Made by a program: the position numbers and the translations under genes. From Candidatus Brocadiia bacterium (GTDB taxonomy: Bacteria > Planctomycetota > Brocadiia > CAIUPP01): a stretch of 62,806 bases of DNA. The notes under the pieces were generated by a model. It saw only the letters and a program-made list of their open reading frames with translations, made no database searches and had not been told where the DNA came from. Where the stretch lies: contig JBEKCB010000032.1 of assembly GCA_050015075.1 (NCBI GenBank), forward strand, positions 1-62,806, written 5' to 3'. Shown one piece after another: positions 34,675-44,250 of the stretch. Positions within the stretch are counted from its first letter, which is position 1. Every line of letters begins with the position of its first letter.

Positions 34675-36078
34675 ATGAGCAAGATCAAGGAGGTTTCTGC
34701 GCCGGTACTCCTCGCGGACGTCTTCCCGCACACCATGCCGCCGCACATCGTCTTCGACGATCCGATCCACGCGGAGTTGGACGGCAAATCGTACGTCATC
34801 CATCCGGCCGACCTGAAGGCGCGCGACATTCGCATCACCGATACGACGTTCCGCGACGGCCAGCAGGCCCGGCCGCCGTACACCGTCAAGCAGATTCTGG
34901 AACTCTTCGACCTGATCTCCCGGCTGAGCGGGCCGCGGGGCGTCATCCGGCAGACCGAGTTCTTCCTCTACAGCGCCAAGGACCAGGAGGCGGTGCAGAA
35001 GTGCCTCGACCGAGGATACCGCTATCCGGAAATCACCGGCTGGATTCGCGCGGACCCGGGCGACCTGGGCCTGGTCCGGAAGATGGGCCTGAAAGAGACG
35101 GGGCTGCTCACCTCGTGCTCCGACTACCACATCTTCATGAAGCTGCGGCTCGACCGGCGCAAGGCGCTCGACCGCTATACGGGCATCGTGAAGGCCGCGC
35201 TCGACCAGGGCATCCGGCCGCGGTGCCATCTCGAAGACGTCACGCGCGCCGACATCGAAGGATTCGTGATTCCGTACGTCGAGGAGTTGATGCGCATTTC
35301 GGAGCAGGTGGAGGATTCCCTCAAGGTCAAGATCCGGCTCTGCGACACGATGGGATTCGGCGTCTCGTATCCGGGCGCGGCCCTGCCGCGGAGCGTGCCG
35401 AAACTGGTCCTCGCAATGATCCACAAGGCGGGCGTGCCGGGCGACCAGCTCGAGTGGCACGGCCACAACGATTTCCACAAGGCGCTGATCAACGGCGCGA
35501 CCGCCTGGCTCTACGGCTGCGACGCGCTCAACTGCACGCTGATCGGCATCGGCGAGCGCACCGGCAACCCGCCGCTCGAAGGCGCGCTGATGGAATACAT
35601 CGGCCTGAAGGGCGACATGTGCGGGATTGATACGACGATCATCACCGAGATCGCGCAGTTCTACCGCTCCATCGGAACGCGCATCTCCGTGCGCTATCCG
35701 TTCGTCGGCGACGACTTCCACAAGACGCGCGCCGGCATCCATGCCGACGGGCTCGCGCGCGACGAGCGCATCTACAACATCTTCGATACCGAGAAACTCC
35801 TGAAGCGCCCGCCGGAGATCGTCATCACCGACAAATCCGGCGCCGACGGCGTGTACCTGTGGGTCAACAATTTCCTCGGCCTGGTCGGCGAGGAGCGGAT
35901 CAAGAAAACCCACATCGTCAAAATCATGCGGTGGGTGGCGGACCAGTACGAGAAGGAAGGCCGCATCACGAACATCTCCGACCGCGAGATGGCCGAACAG
36001 GTCCGCGAGCATCTGCCTGCGCAGTACGAAAAGGCGCAGAAGGCCGGCCGGTTCCAATACACGCACCACGAGGAATAG
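34675..36078 (+). CDS. DRE-TIM metallolyase, Re-citrate-synthase-like
   Basis: ITDTTFRDGQQARPPY, EITGWIRA, RCHLEDVTRAD, EWHGHNDF, GERTGN and TRAGIHADG; no LeuA regulatory domain. Confidence 0.78.
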   Translation: MSKIKEVSAPVLLADVFPHTMPPHIVFDDPIHAELDGKSYVIHPADLKARDIRITDTTFRDGQQARPPYTVKQILELFDLISRLSGPRGVIRQTEFFLYSAKDQEAVQKCLDRGYRYPEITGWIRADPGDLGLVRKMGLKETGLLTSCSDYHIFMKLRLDRRKALDRYTGIVKAALDQGIRPRCHLEDVTRADIEGFVIPYVEELMRISEQVEDSLKVKIRLCDTMGFGVSYPGAALPRSVPKLVLAMIHKAGVPGDQLEWHGHNDFHKALINGATAWLYGCDALNCTLIGIGERTGNPPLEGALMEYIGLKGDMCGIDTTIITEIAQFYRSIGTRISVRYPFVGDDFHKTRAGIHADGLARDERIYNIFDTEKLLKRPPEIVITDKSGADGVYLWVNNFLGLVGEERIKKTHIVKIMRWVADQYEKEGRITNISDREMAEQVREHLPAQYEKAQKAGRFQYTHHEE

Positions 36079-36084
36079 ACCGGG

Positions 36085-37167
36085 CTAGATTTCCTTGAGC
36101 TCGTAGTCGCGCGTCCCGATGCCGAGCTTCTCGGCATATTCGAACTGGCTCGTGTAATTGGACTCGGGCCACCATTTCGCCCAGATGTCCTCGCCGTAGC
36201 GCTCCCGCGTCAGGTCTGCGGCGGCCTTGTCCGCCGCCACGATGTCCGTCGAGGCGACGATGCCGATGTTCGGCCGCTCCGCCTTCTGCTTGTTCCCCAT
36301 GCAATCGCAGTTCTTGGTGACGTGTGTGATGAAATTCAGGTAGCCGACGCGGCCGGCCTTGTTCTGGAGGAAGCCGAGCACGTGCTCGCAGACTTTCTCG
36401 ATCAGCTCCGGCCCGAGCGTTGACCAGTCGAACCCGATGGCGTCGAACGGGCAGAGCGCCAGGCACTCGCCGCAGCCGATGCACTTTTCAGGCTCGAGCG
36501 CCACGCGTTCGAGTTTTCCCCTCAGCGACAGCGCGTCGGTCGGGCACCACCGCACGCAGGTGCCGCACGACTTGCACTTCTTCTCGTCGAACTTCGGATG
36601 GCCGCCCTGGTGCTGGGCGAGCTTTCCGGCGCGCGCGGCGCAGCCCATGCCGACGTTCTTGATGCTCCCGCCGAAGCCTGTCGCCAGGTGGCCCTTCACG
36701 TGCGTCAGCACCACCGCGCTGGGGGCCTGGTGCAGGGCGGAAGCGATGCGGACTTCCTTGAAGCGCCGGCCGCCCGCGATCGGCACGGTGACCTGGTCCG
36801 CCCCGTGAAGCCCGTCGGCGATGATGACGTGCGTGCGCACCGCCTCGAACGTGAAGCCGTGCTCCTCCGCCTGCAAAAGGTGGTCCACCGCGTTGCTGCG
36901 ATGGCCCCGGTAGAGCGTGTTCGTGTCGGTCAGGAACGGCTGGCCGCCGGCGCGGCGGACCCAGTCGGCGACGGCGGCGCAGATCGGCGGCTGGATGTAG
37001 CCGATGCCCTGGCCTTCGCCGAAGTGCGTCTTGAGCGCGCAGGGACGGCCTTTCTGGATGATTTTCGCGAACTGCGCCGCTTCCGCGAGCTGCACCGCTT
37101 TTTCGGCCTGGGATTCCAGGCTCTCCGCGTCCGCCACGGGCGCGAAAAAGACCTTCGCTTTCTTCAT
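36085..37167 (-). CDS. DUF362 protein with 2x[4Fe-4S] domain
   Basis: KTHFGE, TDTNTLY.G.R, HVKGH, GGSIKN.GMG, two CxxCxxC...CP motifs and CDC. Confidence 0.88.
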   Translation of the reverse strand: MKKAKVFFAPVADAESLESQAEKAVQLAEAAQFAKIIQKGRPCALKTHFGEGQGIGYIQPPICAAVADWVRRAGGQPFLTDTNTLYRGHRSNAVDHLLQAEEHGFTFEAVRTHVIIADGLHGADQVTVPIAGGRRFKEVRIASALHQAPSAVVLTHVKGHLATGFGGSIKNVGMGCAARAGKLAQHQGGHPKFDEKKCKSCGTCVRWCPTDALSLRGKLERVALEPEKCIGCGECLALCPFDAIGFDWSTLGPELIEKVCEHVLGFLQNKAGRVGYLNFITHVTKNCDCMGNKQKAERPNIGIVASTDIVAADKAAADLTRERYGEDIWAKWWPESNYTSQFEYAEKLGIGTRDYELKEI

Positions 37168-37235
37168 CTGTATCCTCCAAGAAAGAGACGTGCCCGACCG
37201 CGTATTCTAGCCGCCCGGCCGGCGCAGTGCAAGGC

Positions 37236-37283
37236 TTGACAAAATGTTTGCCAGTCCTTACGATGTTAGGGAAGGCAAACATT
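37236..37283 (+). promoter_or_regulatory. Sigma70 promoter overlapped by an inverted repeat (candidate DtxR/MntR operator)
   Basis: TTGACA-N17-TACGAT; AATGTTTGCC...GGCAAACATT perfect 10-bp arms, with TTAGG inside. Confidence 0.65.
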
Positions 37284-37303
37284 ACCGGACCGAAGGAGGA
37301 ACC

Positions 37304-37810
37304 ATGGCCAGAGCGGCGCCGCTGAGCGAGAGCCTCGGCGACTATCTCGAGTGCATCTACCACCTCGTGAAAACGGGGCCGGTGGCGCGAGTGCGAGACA
37401 TCGCAGAGCGGATGGACGTCCAGATGTCCTCCGTCACCGGCGCGCTGAAATCGCTGACGGAGAAGGAGCTGATCAACTATGAGCCGTACGGCCTGATCAC
37501 GCTCACGCCGCGCGGCCAGAAGGCCGCCCGCGAACTGGTGCGCCGGCACGAGGCGCTGACGCAGTTCCTCGTGCGGGTCCTGTCGGTGGACCCGGCCGCC
37601 GCCGGCCGGAACGCGTGCCACATGGAGCATGCCATCGAGCCGCAGGTGCTGGAGAACCTCGTCAGGTTCCTCCGGTTCCTCGAAAGCTGTCCCGGGGCCG
37701 CCGGTTGCTGGAAGCGCGGTTTCAAAGACGAATGCGGGCACGGCGCGGATTCGGAGGAATGCCGCCGCTGCGTCCGTACCGAACCGGCTGAAGTCGCAGG
37801 CAAGGCCTGA
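37304..37810 (+). CDS. DtxR/MntR family metal-dependent regulator
   Basis: LSES..DYLE.IY, ARV.DIA, LT..G and AC.MEH motifs; Cys-rich tail; GGAGG RBS. Confidence 0.9.
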   Translation: MARAAPLSESLGDYLECIYHLVKTGPVARVRDIAERMDVQMSSVTGALKSLTEKELINYEPYGLITLTPRGQKAARELVRRHEALTQFLVRVLSVDPAAAGRNACHMEHAIEPQVLENLVRFLRFLESCPGAAGCWKRGFKDECGHGADSEECRRCVRTEPAEVAGKA

Positions 37811-37830
37811 ACCTCGCAGAAGGAGAAGCC

Positions 37831-39831
37831 GTGGAGAGCAGTACGACTCACGCGTCGGTCACGAACCGCCCTCCGAGCCCTGAACCGGCCGCTACGGCGC
37901 GCCGGCTGGTCGTCCTCGTCGGCAGCCCGAACGTCGGGAAGAGCCTGCTCTTCAACCGGCTCACCGGCGCTTATGCCGTCGTCTCGAACTACCCCGGAAC
38001 GACCGTCGAGATCACCCAAGGCAAAGCCCAGATCGGCGACCAGGAATGGGAAGTCGCCGACACGCCGGGCATGTACTCGCTGCTGCCGAATTCTGAGGAA
38101 GAGCGCGTCGGCCGAGCGATGGTCTTGTTCGCGGAGAAGCCGAACGCGGTGCTGCAGGTGGTGGACGCGAAGAACCTGGAGCGGATGCTGGCGTTCACGC
38201 TTCAGCTCCGCGAGGCCGGGCTGCCGCTGATCCTCGTCCTCAACATCATGGACGAAGCGGAGAAACGCGGGATCCAGATTGACGCGGCGCGGCTCAGCAA
38301 ATTGCTGGGAATTCCGGTCGTAGCCACGGTCTCGACGACGAGCCGCGGAATCGGCGAATTGCGGGAGGCGATCGGCCGGTGCTCGCCTGCGGGCGAGTTC
38401 CGCGTGATGAAATACAGTCGCCGGATTGAATCCGCCCTGGGAGCGATTGAGCGTCAACTGGCCGCGGAAGGGCGGCCCGGCGCGCGCGGAGAGGCGCTGT
38501 TGCTGCTGCAGGGAGACGCGGATACGCGCAGCCGGCTGAGCGCGGAGGCCGCCGCGGCGGTGGAAGCGACCGTCGCCGAGTGTCAACGCGGGTATTCGCA
38601 GCCGTTGCGATACCTGATCGCCACGGAACGCCAGCGGCAGGCGTCGCACCTGGCGGCGAGGGTCATGAAGTTCGCGCCGAAGCGCCCGCAGTCATTCGCG
38701 GAGCGGCTGAGCGCCGTTCTCATCAACCCCTGGACCGGCTTCCCGATATTGCTGCTGGTGCTCTACGTCGGGCTCTACAAGTTTGTCGGGCAATTCGGCG
38801 CCGGGGTCGCGGTGGACTTCCTGGAAAACACGGTCTTCGGACGGTACCTCAATCCGGCGGTGGAAGCGCTCTGCGGACGCTTCGTGCCGTGGAGCCCGGT
38901 CCGGGACTTGCTCGCCGGGGAATACGGCGTGATCACGCTGGGACTCCGCTACGGCGTGGCGATCATCCTGCCGATCGTCGGATTTTTCTTCCTGTTTTTC
39001 TCTGTGATGGAGGACACCGGCTATCTGCCGCGGCTGGCGATGCTGATTGACCGGGTTTTCAAGAAGATCGGGCTGAGCGGGCGCGGCGTCATCCCGATGG
39101 TGCTCGGCCTGGGCTGCGACACGATGGCGACCGTGGTGACGCGCACGCTGCCGACGGTCCGCGAGCGGATCATCGCTACGGTGCTCCTGGCGCTGGCCGT
39201 CCCGTGTTCGGCGCAGCTGGGCCTGATCTTCGCATTGCTGCACGGCAACTCGGCCGCCCTGGCGATCTGGGCCGGCGTGCTCGTGCTCGTCTTTCTGCTC
39301 ATCGGCTTCCTGTGCGCGCGGCTGCTCCCGGGCGACCCGCCGCGCTTCTACATGGAGCTGCCGCCGCTGAGGCTGCCGCGCATCGAGAACATTTTCGTGA
39401 AGACGTACACGCGCATCGTGTGGTATTTCAAGGAGGTCATCCCGCTGTTCATCCTGGCCAGCGTCCTGATCTGGCTGGGCCGGCTGACGGGCCTTTTCGA
39501 CCTGACCCAGAAGGCGCTGGAGCAGCCGGTCCGCTGGCTCGGCCTGCCGCCGGAGAGCGCGAAGATATTCATCTTCGGGTTCTTCCGCAGGGATTACGGC
39601 GCGGCCGGGCTTTACGATCTGCAGAAGCAGGGCGTGCTGACCGGCGTGCAACTGACCGTCGCGGCGGTGACGCTGACGCTGTTCCTGCCCTGCATCGCGC
39701 AGTTTGTCATCAACGTCAAAGAGCGCGGCATCAAATGGGGCGTCGGCATCTCGGCGTTTATCCTGGTCTTCTCGTTTGCGATCGGGGTGGGGTTGAATGC
39801 GCTGTTGCACGCGCTGAGGATCGTGTTATGA
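37831..39831 (+). CDS. feoB: Ferrous iron transporter B
   Basis: GSPNVGKS, NYPGTTVE, DTPG, EDTGYLPR, PCSAQ and MELPP motifs. Confidence 0.95.
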   Translation: MESSTTHASVTNRPPSPEPAATARRLVVLVGSPNVGKSLLFNRLTGAYAVVSNYPGTTVEITQGKAQIGDQEWEVADTPGMYSLLPNSEEERVGRAMVLFAEKPNAVLQVVDAKNLERMLAFTLQLREAGLPLILVLNIMDEAEKRGIQIDAARLSKLLGIPVVATVSTTSRGIGELREAIGRCSPAGEFRVMKYSRRIESALGAIERQLAAEGRPGARGEALLLLQGDADTRSRLSAEAAAAVEATVAECQRGYSQPLRYLIATERQRQASHLAARVMKFAPKRPQSFAERLSAVLINPWTGFPILLLVLYVGLYKFVGQFGAGVAVDFLENTVFGRYLNPAVEALCGRFVPWSPVRDLLAGEYGVITLGLRYGVAIILPIVGFFFLFFSVMEDTGYLPRLAMLIDRVFKKIGLSGRGVIPMVLGLGCDTMATVVTRTLPTVRERIIATVLLALAVPCSAQLGLIFALLHGNSAALAIWAGVLVLVFLLIGFLCARLLPGDPPRFYMELPPLRLPRIENIFVKTYTRIVWYFKEVIPLFILASVLIWLGRLTGLFDLTQKALEQPVRWLGLPPESAKIFIFGFFRRDYGAAGLYDLQKQGVLTGVQLTVAAVTLTLFLPCIAQFVINVKERGIKWGVGISAFILVFSFAIGVGLNALLHALRIVL

Positions 39832-40013
39832 CCCGCTGCGGATACTGCGGAATGGAATTCGACGAGGCGGCGGCCGAGAAGGCCTGCCGCAGTTGCCCGA
39901 TGAGCGGGTGCCGCATGGTCCGGTGTCCGCGCTGCGGCTTTGAATCGCTGCCGGAGCCGCGCTGGATCCGCTGGCTGAAAAACAGGAGGCGCAAAGATGT
40001 CGCTGAGCGATAG
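39828..40013 (+). CDS. Small Cys-rich protein in the feo operon
   Basis: MTRCGYCG.EF.....ACRSCP..GC....CPRCG; ATG overlaps the feoB stop. Confidence 0.75.
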   Translation: MTRCGYCGMEFDEAAAEKACRSCPMSGCRMVRCPRCGFESLPEPRWIRWLKNRRRKDVAER

Positions 40014-40635
40014 CGCGCAGGAGATTCTCGAAACGCTCTGGCTGCGGAAGGAAGAGGGCGAGTCGCCGACCTTGCTCTCGGCGCTGGAGAAGTCGCCGGC
40101 ATTCGACGAACTCTCGCAGATGGGCATCGTGAGCGTGGCGGACGGCGAGGCGCGGCTGACCGAACGCGGCCTGCGCGAGGCGGCCGGCGCGATCCGCCGC
40201 CATCGTCTGGCCGAGCGGCTCATGGCCGACGTGCTGGATGTGCGCGACACCGCGCTCGACGAGGCCAGTTGCCGGCTCGAGCACATCCTCTATGCCGGCC
40301 TGGAGGATAAGGTCTGCCAGCTCCTCGGCCATCCCTCGGCCTGCCCGCACGGCAAGCCGATTCCCGAGGGCGAATGCTGCCGCGTGCGCCGGCGCGGAGG
40401 GGAAAAACTCATCGCCTCGCTGGCCGACCTCGAGCCCGGCGAGGGCGGACGCGTGGCGTACCTGCTCACCGGCGAGGACTCGCGGATGCAGGAGCTGATG
40501 TCCATCGGCGCGGTGCCGGGCGTGTCGGTGAGCCTGATCCGCAAGTTCCCGGCGTACGTCTTCGCGCTGGGCGAAAGCGAGTTCGCCGTGGATGAAGGGA
40601 TGGCGCGGACGATCTACGTGCGGATCCACAGGTGA
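39997..40635 (+). CDS. DtxR-type regulator with C-terminal FeoA domain
   Basis: RRHRLAERL, LEH and CPHGKPIP motifs, then a FeoA-like LADL.PG...L..IG..PG segment. Confidence 0.88.
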   Translation: MSLSDSAQEILETLWLRKEEGESPTLLSALEKSPAFDELSQMGIVSVADGEARLTERGLREAAGAIRRHRLAERLMADVLDVRDTALDEASCRLEHILYAGLEDKVCQLLGHPSACPHGKPIPEGECCRVRRRGGEKLIASLADLEPGEGGRVAYLLTGEDSRMQELMSIGAVPGVSVSLIRKFPAYVFALGESEFAVDEGMARTIYVRIHR

Positions 40636-40659
40636 CATCCGGGCGTCACGCGGAGTTCC

Positions 40660-41577
40660 TCAAGGCGCCGGAGGAGGCTGCGGGGCGGCCGGAGCCGGTT
40701 TGGGGGCGCTCAGCACCCCGGGGCGGATGAGGAACGCCTGAATCTCGCGCCAGTAAGCTTCCTCGTTGCCCTCGCCGGGAAAATCGTTGTGCTCCGAATT
40801 GTATTCGACATACGTGGAGCCCCGCGCCAGTTTGTGCAGCCGCCGCCCGTTCGATACCGGCACCACCGTGTCGCGCGTGCCGTGGAAGATCAGCATCGGC
40901 ACATCCAGCCCCTCGACCACACGGTCGGTGCGGAAGGGGTGCTTGAGCAGGAAGGGCGGCGCGCCGAACTTAAGCGCCATGGCTGCGAGGCTCGAGAACG
41001 TGGATTCGAGAATCAGCGCCGCCGGCGTGCGTCGCATCGCCAGGTCCGCGGCTACGCCGCCGCCGACGGAGCGCCCGTGGAGCACGATCCGCGAAGGATC
41101 CACGTCGGGGCGCCGGATGAGCCGGTCATAGAAGCGGATCATGTCGGCCGCGATCTCCTTCTCCGAGGGCTTCCCCGCCGAGCGTCCGTAGCCGCGATAC
41201 TCCGGCAGGAAAACCGAAAGGCCGAGCTTGGCGTATCCCTCGATGATGCGGTCCTGCTGGTCAATCAGTTCCGCGTTCCCGTGGAAATACATGACCACGG
41301 GCGCCGGCTTCCCGCTTTCGTCGGGCTTCGCGGGGAAGAACCAGGCTTCCACAGCGCCGCCGCGCTCAATCGGGAGCGAGACGGCTTCCGCGTTCTTCGG
41401 CCTGGCCGACTGCGCCTGCGAGAGCTCCGCGGGCCACACCAGGCGGTCCTGCCACGAGTAAAGAAGAACGCACCAGAGGACGTAGGCGAGGATGAAGATG
41501 ATGAGATAGGCCATGATGCGCCCCCAGAAGCGTCCGTACCGAAGTTCCGCCCAAACGGATTTCAGAGTCAGTTTCAT
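40660..41577 (-). CDS. Alpha/beta hydrolase
   Basis: YFHGNAE, EYRGYG.S.G.PSE, GRSVG nucleophile, HGTRD and HND motifs. Confidence 0.88.
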   Translation of the reverse strand: MKLTLKSVWAELRYGRFWGRIMAYLIIFILAYVLWCVLLYSWQDRLVWPAELSQAQSARPKNAEAVSLPIERGGAVEAWFFPAKPDESGKPAPVVMYFHGNAELIDQQDRIIEGYAKLGLSVFLPEYRGYGRSAGKPSEKEIAADMIRFYDRLIRRPDVDPSRIVLHGRSVGGGVAADLAMRRTPAALILESTFSSLAAMALKFGAPPFLLKHPFRTDRVVEGLDVPMLIFHGTRDTVVPVSNGRRLHKLARGSTYVEYNSEHNDFPGEGNEEAYWREIQAFLIRPGVLSAPKPAPAAPQPPPAP

Positions 41578-41651
41578 CGCAGTTTATGAGTTTATCAAAT
41601 CCGGGGCCGGATTGCTCAGAATTGAAATGTGATTCTTTCCTCGATCTGAAG

Positions 41652-41680
41652 TTGACAAGGGGAGAAAGATTGGATATACT
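41652..41680 (+). promoter_or_regulatory. Sigma70 promoter of the ilv-leu operon
   Basis: TTGACA-N17-TATACT. Confidence 0.75.
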
Positions 41681-41707
41681 TCGGCCAGTGTGTTAAGAGA
41701 GAGAGCG

Positions 41708-41812
41708 ATGTCCCGAACCTGTCTGACTCCGAGTATTGTGCGGCTTACCTGCGCCGCCCCGGTTACCGGGACGGCACTGGTAGTGCTCGTACTTGCTTCG
41801 AGCGGCGGGTGA
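41708..41812 (+). CDS. ilv operon leader peptide (34 aa)
   Basis: MSRTCLTPSIVRLTCAAPVTGTALVVLVLASSGG*, with an LVVLVL run, between promoter and terminator; not in the ORF track. Confidence 0.7.
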   Translation: MSRTCLTPSIVRLTCAAPVTGTALVVLVLASSGG

Positions 41813-41844
41813 GGGTAGTTCGGCCGTACAGAACGTCGAAAACC

Positions 41845-41883
41845 AAAACCCGCTGCCGATGAAAGGCAGCGGGTTTTTTTGTT
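41845..41883 (+). terminator. Attenuator terminator upstream of ilvB
   Basis: AAAACCCGCTGCC-GATGAAA-GGCAGCGGG-T7; the left arm can alternatively pair with GCGGCGGGT at 41802-41810. Confidence 0.85.
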
Positions 41884-42019
41884 GTTCTCAGGCGTGGAAC
41901 AGGAGCGGTCGGCGGCGGCGAGGGCGTTTGAGCTTGACGCTCATCGAGTGGAGATGATAGAAATAGGCGCTCATTCCTGCGGTTCCGAGGGGCCGTGGAA
42001 TGAGCCGGAGGACATTCGG

Positions 42020-43687
42020 ATGGCAACCAAAGGTTCGCGGATTCTGGTCGAGACGCTGGTCGAGGAAGGGACGGAAGTCATTTTCGGCTATCCGGGCGGC
42101 GCGGTCCTTCCTCTGTTCGACGCGCTGTACGACGCGCCGATACGGTTCGTGCTGGTCCGCCACGAGCAGGCCGCGGCGCACGCCGCCGACGGCTATGCCC
42201 GCGCGACCGGCCGCGTGGGCGTCTGCATCGCCACCTCCGGCCCGGGTGCGACGAACCTCACGACCGGCATCGCCACGGCCAACATGGACTCGATCCCGGT
42301 CATCGCGATCACCGGCCAGGTGAAGACGCACTTGATCGGGAACGACGCGTTCCAGGAAGCGGACACGACGGGCATCACGCGCTCGATCACGAAGCACAAT
42401 TACCTGGTCAAGGACATCCGCGACCTGGCGCGCACGATCAAGGAGGCATTCTACATCGCGCGGACCGGCCGGCCGGGGCCGGTGGTCATAGATGTGCCGG
42501 TGGATATCACCATGGCCGAACTGGAGGGCGAACCGGACAAGCGCATCCGGCTGCCCGGCTATAAGCCGCGCACGGAAGGGCACCCGCGCCAGATCCGCCT
42601 CGCGGCCGCGGCGCTGAACGAGGCGCAGAAGCCGGTGCTTTTCGTCGGCGGAGGGGTTATCCTCTCGAACGCCTCCGAGGAACTGCGCCAGTTGGCCGAG
42701 ACGGCGAACGCGCCGGTGACCATGACGCTGATGGGATTGGGCGCCTTCCCGGGCGACCACGGCCTGTCGCTGGGCATGCTCGGCATGCATGGCACGCCGG
42801 CGGCGAACTACGCCGTCACCGAATCGGACCTGGTCTTCGCCGTCGGCGCGCGGTTCGACGACCGCGTCACCGGCCGGATTGACGCCTTTGCGCCCTCAGC
42901 CAAGGTCGTCCACATTGACGTGGATCCCAGTTCGATCAGCAAGACGGTCCACGTGGATATCCCCGTCGTCGGCGACGCCGCGCAGATTCTGCGCGAGTTG
43001 CTCCCGCACGTGCGTCACGGCGCACGCGAGGCGTGGCACGCGCAGATCGCCGGATGGAAGCAGAATCATCCGCTCAGCTACAACGGCGGCGATGCGATCA
43101 AGCCGCAGGCGGTCATCCAAGAACTCTGCCGGATGGTCCCCGAGGACACGATCATCACCACCGAGGTCGGCCAGAACCAGATGTGGACCGCGCTCTGGTA
43201 CACGTTCCGGAAGCCCAGGACGCTGCTGACCTCCGGCGGACTCGGGACGATGGGCTTCGGCTTCCCGGCGGCGCTCGGCGCGCAGGCCGCCTGGCCGGAC
43301 CGGCTGGTGATTGACATCGCCGGCGACGGCTCGATCCAGATGAACATCCAGGAACTGGCGACCGTCGTGCAGCACAAGCTGCCGGTGAAGGTGCTGATCC
43401 TGAACAACGGCTACCTGGGCCTGGTGCGGCAGTGGCAGGAGCTTTTCTACAATAAACGGTACAGCCACAGCCATATGGACAACCCTGATTTCGTCAAGGT
43501 GGCCGAGGCGTACGGCGCGCGCGGGCTGCGCGTGACGGACCCGAAAGACGTCCACCGCGCGCTCGAGGAGATGATTCGAACGGAAGGGCCGGTTTTCCTG
43601 GATGTCGTCGTCGCGCCGGAGGAAAACGTGTTTCCGATCGTGCCGGCCGGCGAGGCGATCAATCGCATGATGGGCGGATTGGCGTAA
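42020..43687 (+). CDS. ilvB: Acetolactate synthase large subunit
   Basis: FGYPGGA, RHEQ.A.HAADGY, TSGPGATN, GMLGMHG, SGGLGTMG and GDGS..MN. Confidence 0.95.
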   Translation: MATKGSRILVETLVEEGTEVIFGYPGGAVLPLFDALYDAPIRFVLVRHEQAAAHAADGYARATGRVGVCIATSGPGATNLTTGIATANMDSIPVIAITGQVKTHLIGNDAFQEADTTGITRSITKHNYLVKDIRDLARTIKEAFYIARTGRPGPVVIDVPVDITMAELEGEPDKRIRLPGYKPRTEGHPRQIRLAAAALNEAQKPVLFVGGGVILSNASEELRQLAETANAPVTMTLMGLGAFPGDHGLSLGMLGMHGTPAANYAVTESDLVFAVGARFDDRVTGRIDAFAPSAKVVHIDVDPSSISKTVHVDIPVVGDAAQILRELLPHVRHGAREAWHAQIAGWKQNHPLSYNGGDAIKPQAVIQELCRMVPEDTIITTEVGQNQMWTALWYTFRKPRTLLTSGGLGTMGFGFPAALGAQAAWPDRLVIDIAGDGSIQMNIQELATVVQHKLPVKVLILNNGYLGLVRQWQELFYNKRYSHSHMDNPDFVKVAEAYGARGLRVTDPKDVHRALEEMIRTEGPVFLDVVVAPEENVFPIVPAGEAINRMMGGLA

Positions 43688-43717
43688 TCGGCGCGTGGGC
43701 GGAGCTGTTGTCTATCC

Positions 43718-43743
43718 GTCATTCCCGCGGAAGCGGGAATGAC
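43718..43743. repeat. Single dRS3-like palindrome
   Basis: GTC-ATTCCC-GCGGAAGC-GGGAAT-GAC between ilvB and ilvN. Confidence 0.8.
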
Positions 43744-43767
43744 ATGGAGAGCGGTGAGGAACTGAAC

Positions 43768-44250
43768 ATGCGGCACGTCATCAGCGCGCTGGTGGAGAAC
43801 AAATCGGGCGTCCTGGCGCACGTCGCCGGCCTTTTCAGCAGCCGCGGATTCAACATTGACTCGTTGACCGTCGGCCGCACGGAGAACCCGGGCGTGTCGC
43901 GGATGACCATCGTCGTCGAAGGGGACGAGGCCGTCCTCGAACAGGTGCGCAAGCAGCTCGGCAAGGTCATTGACGTGCTGAAGGTGTCGGACTACTCCGG
44001 CCGCGACATCGTGCAACGCGACCTGGCGCTCGTGAAGGTGTTCGCGCCGCCGGCGAAGCGCTCGGAGATCGTTTCGCTCATCGAGATTTTCCGCGGCAAT
44101 GTCGTGGACATCTCCTCGACGGACATGGTCGTCGAGCTTTCGGGCCCGGAGGCCAAGGTGGACGCGTTCGTGGAGGTGGTGCGCCCTTACGGCATCCGCG
44201 AACTGGTCCGCACCGGACTCGTCGCCCTGGCGCGCGGCGAGCAGAAGTGA
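43768..44250 (+). CDS. ilvN: Acetolactate synthase small subunit
   Basis: LVEN..GVL..VAGLFS.RGFNIDSL ACT domain and ELVRTG. Confidence 0.95.
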   Translation: MRHVISALVENKSGVLAHVAGLFSSRGFNIDSLTVGRTENPGVSRMTIVVEGDEAVLEQVRKQLGKVIDVLKVSDYSGRDIVQRDLALVKVFAPPAKRSEIVSLIEIFRGNVVDISSTDMVVELSGPEAKVDAFVEVVRPYGIRELVRTGLVALARGEQK

